This document shows, one piece after another, positions 8,067 to 16,156 of a DNA stretch of 64,000 nt. Source of the DNA: a virus. Taxonomy: Duplodnaviria; Caudoviricetes. Where the stretch lies: positions 1 through 64,000 of IMG/VR virus record IMGVR_UViG_3300021514_000002; one strand, written 5' to 3'. Below the pieces are notes generated by a model, which worked only from the letters and a program-made list of their open reading frames with translations, ran no database searches and was not told where the DNA came from. The translations under genes were made by a program, and so were the position numbers. Every line of letters begins with the position of its first letter. The first letter of the stretch is position 1.

Positions 8067-9092
8067 TTATTTTAATTGATTGACAATCATTTGTTTACCG
8101 TATCTCCAATGATCACCAGTATTAATATGGTCTTTACGAACAAACTTACCAGTTTTAAACCTAAATTGGCTCATTGGAAATGCATCCGCAACACGAACAA
8201 CATATCCTTCATGATCATCATACATGGAATCGTTCCATAAGTCAATAATTAAATCTTGGTCAAAGATGCCATCGTAAAGTACCGGAACGTGTTCAATGTC
8301 TACATGTAAGATTGCAAACCATTCACGCGTTTCGTCCCATGATAAGCATTCATTCTTTTCATTCCAAATGGAAAAACCATAAAAATAAGAAGAAAGATCT
8401 TTATAGGGTATAGAATGTTCCGCATACATATTTTCGCCACATACGCGCCAATCTTCTGGTATTTCAAAATTGAAGTTCGCCCAAAAGTTTTTAACCCACG
8501 CACGACTAATATCACCACCACTATCAACAGAACGCGCATGAACATGGTCGCTATACATTGTGGTATTTTCACCATCCAATTTTTCCGTTACGATAACGCG
8601 CTGACCATTGAATGCGTCAATATTAGGCATCATTCGGTCATCATCGTGCATACCTTGTGACCATGGTAAATGGTAAGTTCTTGGGTATTTTACGTAGCCC
8701 GTGAACAAAGACAGTACACCACCTTTTCCAAGTATTTTCTGAACACTTTCGTCAAAAAACAGTTCACCTTTTAGGCGCTGTGTATTTGGTAACACAATGT
8801 TTCCCCACTTGTCGTAGATTTGATCACCGTACAAGTGTGGTGGTATAATTGGTTTTAGTATTCGACACGCTTCACGAACTTCTTCAACCGATATGGTTGT
8901 CATTTCACATGCAAGATGATGCTCTCCACAAACGGAAGCACCATTGTTTAAATAATATCCATAGTCAGGCCATAATCTACGCTCTATGATGTGATGCGCA
9001 TCGACTGCGGGTTCATCACAAAAAACACAAATATGGTTATCGCGTTCAAAAACACCTTCACGGAATTCATCACGCGACAGTAGTTTGTTCAT
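8067..9092 (-). CDS. HNH domain fused to an Rnl2-like RNA ligase
   Basis: N-terminal CxxC, DAHHI, CGEHH; ligase KYPRTYHLP, TEKLDGEN, EGYVVR. Confidence 0.8.
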   Translation of the reverse strand: MNKLLSRDEFREGVFERDNHICVFCDEPAVDAHHIIERRLWPDYGYYLNNGASVCGEHHLACEMTTISVEEVREACRILKPIIPPHLYGDQIYDKWGNIVLPNTQRLKGELFFDESVQKILGKGGVLSLFTGYVKYPRTYHLPWSQGMHDDDRMMPNIDAFNGQRVIVTEKLDGENTTMYSDHVHARSVDSGGDISRAWVKNFWANFNFEIPEDWRVCGENMYAEHSIPYKDLSSYFYGFSIWNEKNECLSWDETREWFAILHVDIEHVPVLYDGIFDQDLIIDLWNDSMYDDHEGYVVRVADAFPMSQFRFKTGKFVRKDHINTGDHWRYGKQMIVNQLK

Positions 9093-9097
9093 TTTAC

Positions 9098-9280
9098 TTA
9101 TCCATTTAAAATTTTTTTTCTGGCTTCTAAAATTGCAGAACGACTAAAGGATTCATCCATCGCATACATCAATATTACACGATCTATTTCATCTGCTCCA
9201 AGTAGTCCCGAATTTTTGACCACCGTGACAATGGTTGTAATTTGCTTATCCCATTCTGGGGTATTGTCTTCTGGTCCCAT
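9098..9280 (-). CDS. Hypothetical protein
   Basis: Tightly packed co-oriented ORF. Confidence 0.6.
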   Translation of the reverse strand: MGPEDNTPEWDKQITTIVTVVKNSGLLGADEIDRVILMYAMDESFSRSAILEARKKILNG

Positions 9281-9281
9281 T

Positions 9282-9701
9282 TTAGGTTCCTTTTTTAAAT
9301 TCTTTTTCGAGATCGTTTAATTGTTCTCTTCTTTCAACTTTTTGTTGAGCCCAAGCGCGAACATAATTAAAATTATTTACAAATTCAACCGGTATACAAA
9401 ATTCGTCAGTGAACATATCAACAAGAAATATAAAAACAATACTTTTGCCTGATAATTCTTCTTTGTTTAAATAATTAATATAACTAAAATCAAAGTTATC
9501 AATTTCAGTTTTAATGTAATCGGGCGTATCAACAACTTCATACTTGCCGTATATGTATCTTAAAAAACGACCATATGTTTCGGGATCGGTTTTTGCCAGC
9601 AATTCTGTCATCTCGTTGACTTCGCTATTAAGTTTTTTTTGCGCTACTTGAATTGTTTCAATAAAAGAACCTATTGATTGTCTATACATTCCACCTATCA
9701 T
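9282..9701 (-). CDS. Hypothetical protein
   Basis: Tightly packed co-oriented ORF. Confidence 0.65.
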   Translation of the reverse strand: MIGGMYRQSIGSFIETIQVAQKKLNSEVNEMTELLAKTDPETYGRFLRYIYGKYEVVDTPDYIKTEIDNFDFSYINYLNKEELSGKSIVFIFLVDMFTDEFCIPVEFVNNFNYVRAWAQQKVERREQLNDLEKEFKKGT

Positions 9702-9713
9702 TTTATATTCTCT

Positions 9714-10742
9714 TTAATTGTTTGTTAAAAATTGCCCACATGCTGCTTTAACTTCTGAACCAGCTGAAACTTGTACCTTAATATGTGGGTGCACTTCCAT
9801 TAACCTTTTAATGATGTCTTTAAAATGGTTGCTTTCATGCATATATGTTGATACTTCACAAGTATTATAACGTAGTATGCGTAATTCATAATCATGTAAA
9901 TTGTAATCATCAATTAACTGAATTAGAGCATCAACTTCTTCATCTGTATCATTATACCCATCTATAAACATATGATGAAAAATAACATTATACTTGTTAT
10001 TTTCCGAATAGTCAATTAATGCAGGGATAGCTTTGTCCAATGACATCGCCTTTGGAATAAGTACATCCCTTGTTTTTTGTATCGCTGAATGTAATGAATA
10101 AAATAATCTAAAAATACTTCTATTAGGATATACCATATCCGTATTACTAAATTCAACATCACGATGAACCAATATATTATTATGCGGATTTATATCATAA
10201 TATGCTAATCTATCTTCTAGTCGTTTAAATATATCAAACGTTCTTGAAACGTTTGGGATATCTGGCATTACTGTCGATAAATCAATACCATCAAGTCCAG
10301 CGGCTAATCCACTGTCCATAATATTGTACAACATAACATCTGATACTTCTGAAACACGTTGTGCATTAACAAATGCATCACCCATTCCCATCCAGCACAA
10401 TTTAATGTACTTCGTATTAACAAACGGTAGGTCACCATCAACACTTGCAAAGTTTCTTTCAGTTAACGCTTCCCAAATATTGGTGCAGATATCTATACTA
10501 GTTAACTTCTTATATTTCATATTTTTAAGTGTTAAGTAACAAAAATTACATTTCATATAACAACCAGCCGAATCTGAAATAAAAACACTATACTTATTAC
10601 GATCTGTTTCATTCAATTTAAACGTACCATCTTCTGTCACACAAGTATCACAACTTGAAACAGTTTTGATAGCTGTTTCACTATTGTCATCGTGTACAAT
10701 CTTTGTGACGGTTTTATCGTCTGAAATTAATAGTTTTTTCAT
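9714..10742 (-). CDS. RlmN/Cfr-family radical SAM RNA methyltransferase-like protein
   Basis: GCYMKCNFC cluster motif, MGMGD, SLHSA, C-terminal AACGQ. Confidence 0.8.
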   Translation of the reverse strand: MKKLLISDDKTVTKIVHDDNSETAIKTVSSCDTCVTEDGTFKLNETDRNKYSVFISDSAGCYMKCNFCYLTLKNMKYKKLTSIDICTNIWEALTERNFASVDGDLPFVNTKYIKLCWMGMGDAFVNAQRVSEVSDVMLYNIMDSGLAAGLDGIDLSTVMPDIPNVSRTFDIFKRLEDRLAYYDINPHNNILVHRDVEFSNTDMVYPNRSIFRLFYSLHSAIQKTRDVLIPKAMSLDKAIPALIDYSENNKYNVIFHHMFIDGYNDTDEEVDALIQLIDDYNLHDYELRILRYNTCEVSTYMHESNHFKDIIKRLMEVHPHIKVQVSAGSEVKAACGQFLTNN

Positions 10743-10752
10743 AATATTCCTT

Positions 10753-10830
10753 TGGTGCCCCCAGTCGGATTCGAACCGACACGTAACTAAGGTTTGAGCT
10801 TAGCCCCTCTGCCAATTGGGGTACGGGGGC
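10753..10830 (-). tRNA. tRNA-Leu(CAA), short variable region
   Basis: CTAAG-CTCAAAC-CTTAG, A73, CCA. Confidence 0.85.
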
Positions 10831-10859
10831 AAAATTGTAGAAATTGGTATGACAGTACG

Positions 10860-10945
10860 TCCATTGCTCTACCACTGAGCTACTTCTCCGAAAAAGGATT
10901 TGGTGGAGAAGGCAGGGATCGAACCTGCGACCGATGGTTTAAAAG
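10860..10945 (-). tRNA. Circularly permuted tRNA-Lys(TTT): 3' half (10901-10945) precedes 5' half (10860-10889)
   Basis: Halves reassemble into a 75-nt Lys cloverleaf with 7-bp GGAGAAG/CTTCTCC acceptor and ATGG/CCAT anticodon stem. Confidence 0.8.
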
Positions 10946-10979
10946 TTAGAAGGAAGTCAATACCATAGCTACAAAATTT

Positions 10980-11327
10980 TTAGTTAGAATCTGGAGTTGC
11001 CCATATCGCGTCTTCAAATAAGACAGACATCATATAAGCAACGCCAATTTCTTTGTCTTCGTGTTTAGGTTCAAAAGAACCCATGTGTGCTTTAATACAC
11101 TTAAGTGCTGCATTAACCTCAACGTCTTTTTTTGGCACAACATCAAGCGATTTAAGGCCGACAAAAAACATATCATTAAATAGTTTTGTCCATTTAGTTC
11201 TATCAGATTTTTTAAATTCTTCCGAAAGGTCAGTCGTCTTAGGCAATAGTTTCGTTGTACCAAATGCTACTTCTACATCTGAAACATCTTGATAACCATT
11301 GAGAATTTTCTGTTCAAGGTTAGACAT
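10980..11327 (-). CDS. Hypothetical protein
   Basis: GGAG SD; promoter just upstream. Confidence 0.7.
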   Translation of the reverse strand: MSNLEQKILNGYQDVSDVEVAFGTTKLLPKTTDLSEEFKKSDRTKWTKLFNDMFFVGLKSLDVVPKKDVEVNAALKCIKAHMGSFEPKHEDKEIGVAYMMSVLFEDAIWATPDSN

Positions 11328-11356
11328 TGTGTATTCTCCAATTAATTTATATCAAC

Positions 11357-11385
11357 ATCTTAATATAATTTAACCTAAATGTCAA
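11357..11385 (-). promoter_or_regulatory. sigma70-like promoter with TAGGTTA box in spacer
   Basis: TTGACA-N17-TAAGAT. Confidence 0.65.
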
Positions 11386-11395
11386 GGAAAAATTT

Positions 11396-11482
11396 TGGTG
11401 CCGAAGGCGGGGCTCGAACCCGCACGACATTTCTGCCACCAGATTCTTAGTCTGGCGAGTCTACCAATTCCTCCACCCCGGC
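11396..11482 (-). tRNA. tRNA-Leu(AAG)
   Basis: CCAGA-CTAAGAA-TCTGG, Leu-type D loop, long variable arm, CCA. Confidence 0.85.
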
Positions 11483-11926
11483 GTTATTTTGTTCTTTTAA
11501 CCTCTTCTTTATAGTATCATATGCAAAATCTAAAAATACTAAAGATTCAGCGGCACAATAATTAAGATGTTTTTTATAAATTTCTTTTGCTGTCAAATGA
11601 TCATTATCATATACCCATATTACTAAAGTTACTTGATATAATACGTCAGCTGTTGTTAATGGTGGTTTTAGTGTTGGATTGCGCAGCTCTTGTTCAGCGG
11701 ATTTAAGTACCCATTCGGTCACGCCTTCTCGTGTTACGCCTGCCAGCCGTTGTCTTGCTATCTTGGCAACGTGTCCCGCACTTAAACTACATTCTTCATA
11801 TATTACTGTCTTTGTGTTATTGTATAACTTTTCAAGCTCTACAACATTTTCATTCGCGTCAGCAGGTGCGGTTGTACATCCCATTGCAAAAAATGATATA
11901 AGAAATAATATTAAAATGTTTTTCAT
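11447..11926 (-). CDS. Putative lipoprotein
   Basis: Signal peptide with FAMGC lipobox; stop codon lies inside tRNA-Leu(AAG). Confidence 0.65.
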   Translation of the reverse strand: MKNILILFLISFFAMGCTTAPADANENVVELEKLYNNTKTVIYEECSLSAGHVAKIARQRLAGVTREGVTEWVLKSAEQELRNPTLKPPLTTADVLYQVTLVIWVYDNDHLTAKEIYKKHLNYCAAESLVFLDFAYDTIKKRLKEQNNAGVEELVDSPD

Positions 11927-11940
11927 AATTTTTTACCTTT

Positions 11941-12016
11941 TGGCTGATCTGGAAGGATTTGAACCTTCAACCTTCACATTCAGAGTGTGCTGCGCTGCCA
12001 GTTACGCCACAGATCA
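11941..12016 (-). tRNA. tRNA-Gln(CTG)
   Basis: Loop CTCTGAA, U1-A72, G73, CCA. Confidence 0.9.
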
Positions 12017-12023
12017 ATAATTT

Positions 12024-12113
12024 TGGCGGAAGATGGGAGATTCGAACTCCCGTGCCGTTTTACTGACCACCTCATTTCCAATGAGGGACGATTAGCCTCT
12101 CTGTCAATCTTCC
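12024..12113 (-). tRNA. tRNA-Ser(GGA)
   Basis: CCTCA-TTGGAAA-TGAGG, long variable arm, G73. Confidence 0.9.
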
Positions 12114-12859
12114 AAAAATTTGTTTGTTTTATAAGATGTTTCAATGCGTTCCTTTGCGATATTAAAGTACTTATCTTCCAGTTCAATACCAATAAAATTT
12201 CTACTTGTATTTAGCGCAGCACATCCCGTACTACCACTTCCCATTGTATTATCAAAAACTGTATCACCTTTATTAGTATATGTCAATATAAGATATTCTA
12301 ATAAAGCTACTGGTTTTTGAGTGGGATGTAGGCTACTTTTCTGCTTATCCGTAGGGAACACCTGAACACTTCTTGGATATCGTTCAGTAGACCCACCACC
12401 GCTGATTCCTTGCTTAGTTTTTCCGTAAATTTCACCATCAGATTGATGTTTAGTATAACTATTCACTGGCTTGTGCCCAGTAGTCATTTGTGGGTTATAA
12501 GTAGGCAATTTGTCATAAAAGACCAATATATTTTCATGGGCTTTCATCGGCATCTTCTTAGCGTTTAGATGACCAGTAGATGTTGTTTTTTCCCATATCC
12601 ATTCGTACCGAAGCATTTTAAGGTTACTAGAACCTAAAACTTTATCAAATGGTGTTTGTGCGAATAGAACAATAGGACTGTTAGGTTTTGTAACCCTTTT
12701 ATACTGTTCCCACAGTTCTTCAAGGTTTATTGTAGAATCCCATGAACAGTTAGTTGTTCCATATGGGAGATCGCAAAGAATCATATCAACGGATTTATCA
12801 GGTATATGAATTTTCATTGCTGATATGCAATCGCCGTGCAATAGTGTAGGATTTTTCAT
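12104..12859 (-). CDS. N6-adenine/N4-cytosine DNA methyltransferase (beta class)
   Basis: DLPY catalytic motif, HPTQKP, MGSGSTG. Confidence 0.85.
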   Translation of the reverse strand: MKNPTLLHGDCISAMKIHIPDKSVDMILCDLPYGTTNCSWDSTINLEELWEQYKRVTKPNSPIVLFAQTPFDKVLGSSNLKMLRYEWIWEKTTSTGHLNAKKMPMKAHENILVFYDKLPTYNPQMTTGHKPVNSYTKHQSDGEIYGKTKQGISGGGSTERYPRSVQVFPTDKQKSSLHPTQKPVALLEYLILTYTNKGDTVFDNTMGSGSTGCAALNTSRNFIGIELEDKYFNIAKERIETSYKTNKFLED

Positions 12860-12903
12860 TAAATGAGTTTAACATAACACAAATGAAAAATCAAGAATAG
12901 GAA

Positions 12904-12995
12904 TTGTAGAAATCGTAAAGACTAAAACCGGATTGCTTTGCAAGCAATCTTGGTATCGAACCAAGAATAGAAGGAAGTCTATTACATAGCTACAA
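12904..12995 (-). ncRNA. Second copy of the permuted-tRNA flanking motif, enclosing a T-arm and a GCA anticodon arm
   Basis: Shared TTGTAGCTATG..GACTTCCTTCTA and GTC..ATTTCTACAA arms with compensatory changes. Confidence 0.7.
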
Positions 12996-12997
12996 TT

Positions 12998-13092
12998 TGG
13001 CGGAAGCTGAGAGGATCGAACTCTCACGTCATGTCACCATGACCATTTGTTTTCAAGACAACGCCCGTCGCCAGCCGTCGGGTGGAGCTTCC
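12998..13092 (-). tRNA. tRNA-Ser(TGA)
   Basis: Loop CTTGAAA, long variable arm, G73, CCA. Confidence 0.85.
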
Positions 13093-13104
13093 AATTATTT
13101 TATA

Positions 13105-13587
13105 TTATTTACCTGCCATAGATCTGGCATCGTAATCTATTTCAGCGCGCATCTCAGGATCTTGGTCAATTTGCGATGAAAGCATCTTTTCAATACGACG
13201 AATATTAGCGCGAATACGGTTCATGTTACCCATAACACGGCTTCTGTTTGTAGTACGAGCTGGACTATCTGCTAATTTATTAACTAAACCTAGACCGCGT
13301 TTTGCCGCTTCCATTTGCTGCATTACAGTATCCATTGCCGCCATAACATCATCCATGGTATTTCCACCTTCAACTTTTCCAGGTGCTGGCATTTGTCCAT
13401 CCTGCATGTCGTTAGCCATCGGTGCAGGTTGGTCTTCGCCTGCTAAACGATCAGACGCAGCATCCATTGGCGCTTCTAAAATCATTTTCATTTGATTAAT
13501 GACACTATCTAATTCTTCAACCAGTGCGATATATTCTGCTTCTAATTCTTCGTCAACTTCGACACTTTTAACGTGTTCTAATAACAT
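13105..13587 (-). CDS. Helical hypothetical protein
   Basis: GGAG SD before MLLEHV; GATAAATA late-type motif upstream. Confidence 0.7.
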   Translation of the reverse strand: MLLEHVKSVEVDEELEAEYIALVEELDSVINQMKMILEAPMDAASDRLAGEDQPAPMANDMQDGQMPAPGKVEGGNTMDDVMAAMDTVMQQMEAAKRGLGLVNKLADSPARTTNRSRVMGNMNRIRANIRRIEKMLSSQIDQDPEMRAEIDYDARSMAGK

Positions 13588-13641
13588 TGTATATTCTCCA
13601 TACATTACAATTTGTAAAGTATTTATCAGTGTTATAATATT

Positions 13642-13716
13642 TGGTACCCCCATCAGGAATCGAACCCGGATCTCAACGTTCGAAGCGTTGTATGTTATCC
13701 GTTACACCATAGGGGC
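13642..13716 (-). tRNA. tRNA-Arg(TCG)
   Basis: CAACG-CTTCGAA-CGTTG, CCA. Confidence 0.9.
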
Positions 13717-13726
13717 ATTGAATAAA

Positions 13727-13862
13727 TTGCTATAGTTTATCCAGCATTTGTCAGCACTTATATAGGCAGCTTACCTAAAGGCACGTTTTACGGATGGTAG
13801 TACTAAATCATCCATTGCTGGCGCAACGATGGCGTAAAGGGCTTTCACGACTACTATAGCAA
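13727..13862 (-). ncRNA. Structured intergenic RNA candidate
   Basis: 10-bp closing stem TTGCTATAGT/ACTATAGCAA, inner CCAGCA/TGCTGG. Confidence 0.45.
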
Positions 13863-13865
13863 AAT

Positions 13866-13956
13866 TGGAGGAAGCGGTGGGATTCGAACCCACGTGCCAC
13901 GTTAAGTGACCCATTCCTTAGCAGGGAAGGACGATTAGCCTCTCTGTCACGCTTCC
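13866..13956 (-). tRNA. tRNA-Ser(GCT)
   Basis: Loop CTGCTAA, long variable arm, CCA. Confidence 0.9.
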
Positions 13957-13960
13957 AATA

Positions 13961-14518
13961 TTATTTTTTGTATCTATTCTTTCTTCCATTTCCATTGTTT
14001 AAAGAACCGTACGTAGGGGTTAAACTATGACATGATGCGCAAATTAATGTCAAATTATCCTCTACGTTGTTTTCACTATTACCATCAACATGATCAATTT
14101 GCAATGGTATCTTTCCTGTATATTGATTTACTTTACACCAACCACATTCTGCACATTTATTATCGTATTTCTTAAATAAGTATCTTCTTATATGTGTAGA
14201 AACACCACCATTAATTCCTATTATACCATTTTCTAAACCTTCTTTCCAATTACCAATATATTCAACATAACGATAATCAGTCCTACATTTCACAGAACAA
14301 TATTTTTTACCGTTCCGTTTTTCTTCTATTTCTTTACCACAATAGTGACAATTAATATTTTTAGGTGATACACCATGTCGCCTTACACCTTTATTATTAA
14401 AACTTGCAGAGCAAGAATGACCACAGAATTTATTCCTACGTTTTTCGTACGATATAGGTTTACTGCATTCCTTGCATATTTTAGGTGACAATCTATATTC
14501 TTCTATACCCATTAACAT
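13961..14518 (-). mobile_element. HNH homing endonuclease-like gene
   Basis: CxxC repeats; LQIDHVDGN..NN..NL..ICASCH. Confidence 0.85.
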
Positions 14519-14578
14519 TATCCTTTTGAACTGTTATAGGTATTTATAGTTGTTTGTACTAAAAGTTCAATTAACCAT

Positions 14579-14654
14579 TGGAGCGGATATCGGAACTCGA
14601 ATCCGAAATTATAACTTGGCAAGCTATCGTGTTACCGATTGACACTATACCCGC
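14579..14654 (-). tRNA. tRNA-Gly(GCC)
   Basis: ATAGC-TTGCCAA-GTTAT, U73, CCA. Confidence 0.9.
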
Positions 14655-14660
14655 ATTATT

Positions 14661-15143
14661 TTAATAAAAATCTGTTTCTTTTGTTCCAGTCTGAACGTAT
14701 TGATTAGATGATTGTCCACACGTTTCTTCTGCTTGTTCCCTCGCTTCTTCACCTTCTGGTGATTGTTCCCATGCAGATTCTGTGGTAGTGTGTTTATTAA
14801 GAAGCCTAACGAATTCTTGAATACCTGTGATTGTTGTCATGGTATTACCACCACTGGTTATTACATCTTGTAATTTATCAAGGCGTTCTCGTAATTTATC
14901 ATCTGTGGAAATATAGATAGTTTCTTGATCGGCGCGTTGAAGTAGTTTATTTAAGAATTCTTCTTCTTTTTGGAAATTAACGTCACTGTGTTTTGCGGTT
15001 ACGTCTTGTATCATTTCCAAAAAATCTTCGTAATCCATACCAATTACACCAGTAATATCTTCATATTTTTCATGAAATAGGTCTTTCATGGTTGTGTATG
15101 TACAATCTTCATCTTGTTCATTAAGGATATCACTAATCTTCAT
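14661..15143 (-). CDS. Acidic hypothetical protein
   Basis: GGAG SD before MKISD; TATAAATA upstream. Confidence 0.7.
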   Translation of the reverse strand: MKISDILNEQDEDCTYTTMKDLFHEKYEDITGVIGMDYEDFLEMIQDVTAKHSDVNFQKEEEFLNKLLQRADQETIYISTDDKLRERLDKLQDVITSGGNTMTTITGIQEFVRLLNKHTTTESAWEQSPEGEEAREQAEETCGQSSNQYVQTGTKETDFY

Positions 15144-15184
15144 ATATTTCTCCAATACTTTGTAGTATTTATACTGATTGGATA

Positions 15185-15595
15185 TTAACGGCGAATACTT
15201 CCACCGTCAGAAGTGTGGTGCCCGTGTTCAAAGAAGTATTTATTACGTTTTCTGAACTTTCCGTTTACCCAAAATCCCCACTTTCTGCGTTCCCTACCAG
15301 TAATAAGAAACGTCCAGCAGTGTTTGCTAAGCAATTGGACACAATGTTGGTGTTCAGCAGTACGATAGGCTATTTTTCCAGCTGACATTATTTCATCACC
15401 ATCTGGTGATTTATCCATATAGGAACCGTGTAGTACGAATGTCATAAAAGACCAAGCATGGTCATGGGGGTGGCGTAGGTCGTCAGAACCTGTCCAGTGA
15501 TGCAATCTAAAGGATATGAATCCTAAATCAAGAACCCATCGCGTAAGATATGGTTCTTCAGGTATTCCAAGTTTTTCGTTCTAAGTGAATTTCAT
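15185..15595 (-). CDS. Cupin-like protein with in-frame TAG at codon 5
   Basis: ATG overlaps previous TGA (ATGA); HDHAW..F..L.GSY and H.V cupin-like motifs. Confidence 0.65.
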
Positions 15596-15849
15596 GATTC
15601 GTCCTTCATTTCATTGATTACTAAAAGCGTTGCTGTCTTTAATTCCGTTAATGATTCGGTTGCATTTATCCATTCATCGTCTGTTTCGGGACGAATATAC
15701 CAGAATTGATTTAATTCTGCAACTAAAATATTTACTTGTAATGTTTCTTTATCGTCACTTAAGGTGATTGAATGATTTACGCCTTCCTCGGTAGGAAACA
15801 TTTCATGTGCCTTTGTTAAGAAATCATGTAAAGTTTCGATATTTGGCAT
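15592..15849 (-). CDS. Hypothetical protein
   Basis: AGGA SD, intact ORF. Confidence 0.65.
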   Translation of the reverse strand: MPNIETLHDFLTKAHEMFPTEEGVNHSITLSDDKETLQVNILVAELNQFWYIRPETDDEWINATESLTELKTATLLVINEMKDES

Positions 15850-15878
15850 AATATATTCCTATGTTGATTGGAAAGCAC

Positions 15879-16073
15879 TTTCGGTGTGCGGTTAGTGTTT
15901 ATCGTGAGTACTAAGTAACGGTGAATGTAAGCTTTCTAAGAACTTACGTTCAGTACGAAGTACAATGACGGGCAACTAACTCACAAGCAAGGCTGTCTAA
16001 ACAGATCATTAGGTACGTCTACCCTACCATTCATCCCTACACGTTGCAACAGGCTTCAGCCCGAACACCGAAA
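15879..16073 (-). ncRNA. Multibranched structured RNA candidate (about 195 nt)
   Basis: TTTCGGTGT/ACACCGAAA closing stem; GTGAGT/ACTCAC and other inner helices. Confidence 0.45.
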
Positions 16074-16156
16074 ATACTCTCATTATTGGCGCAAGTTAGC
16101 TATAGTGCATACACTACCTATTAACGAACATCTCTATTCGAAACCTGCATTTAAAT

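Noticed and set aside
10835-10974. Plus-strand resemblance to a hairpin ribozyme (TGAC-AGT.. and GAA-GTCA-A..ACCA)
   Set aside because: The second copy lacks the essential G+1, loop B is absent, and the G-U pair favours the minus strand.
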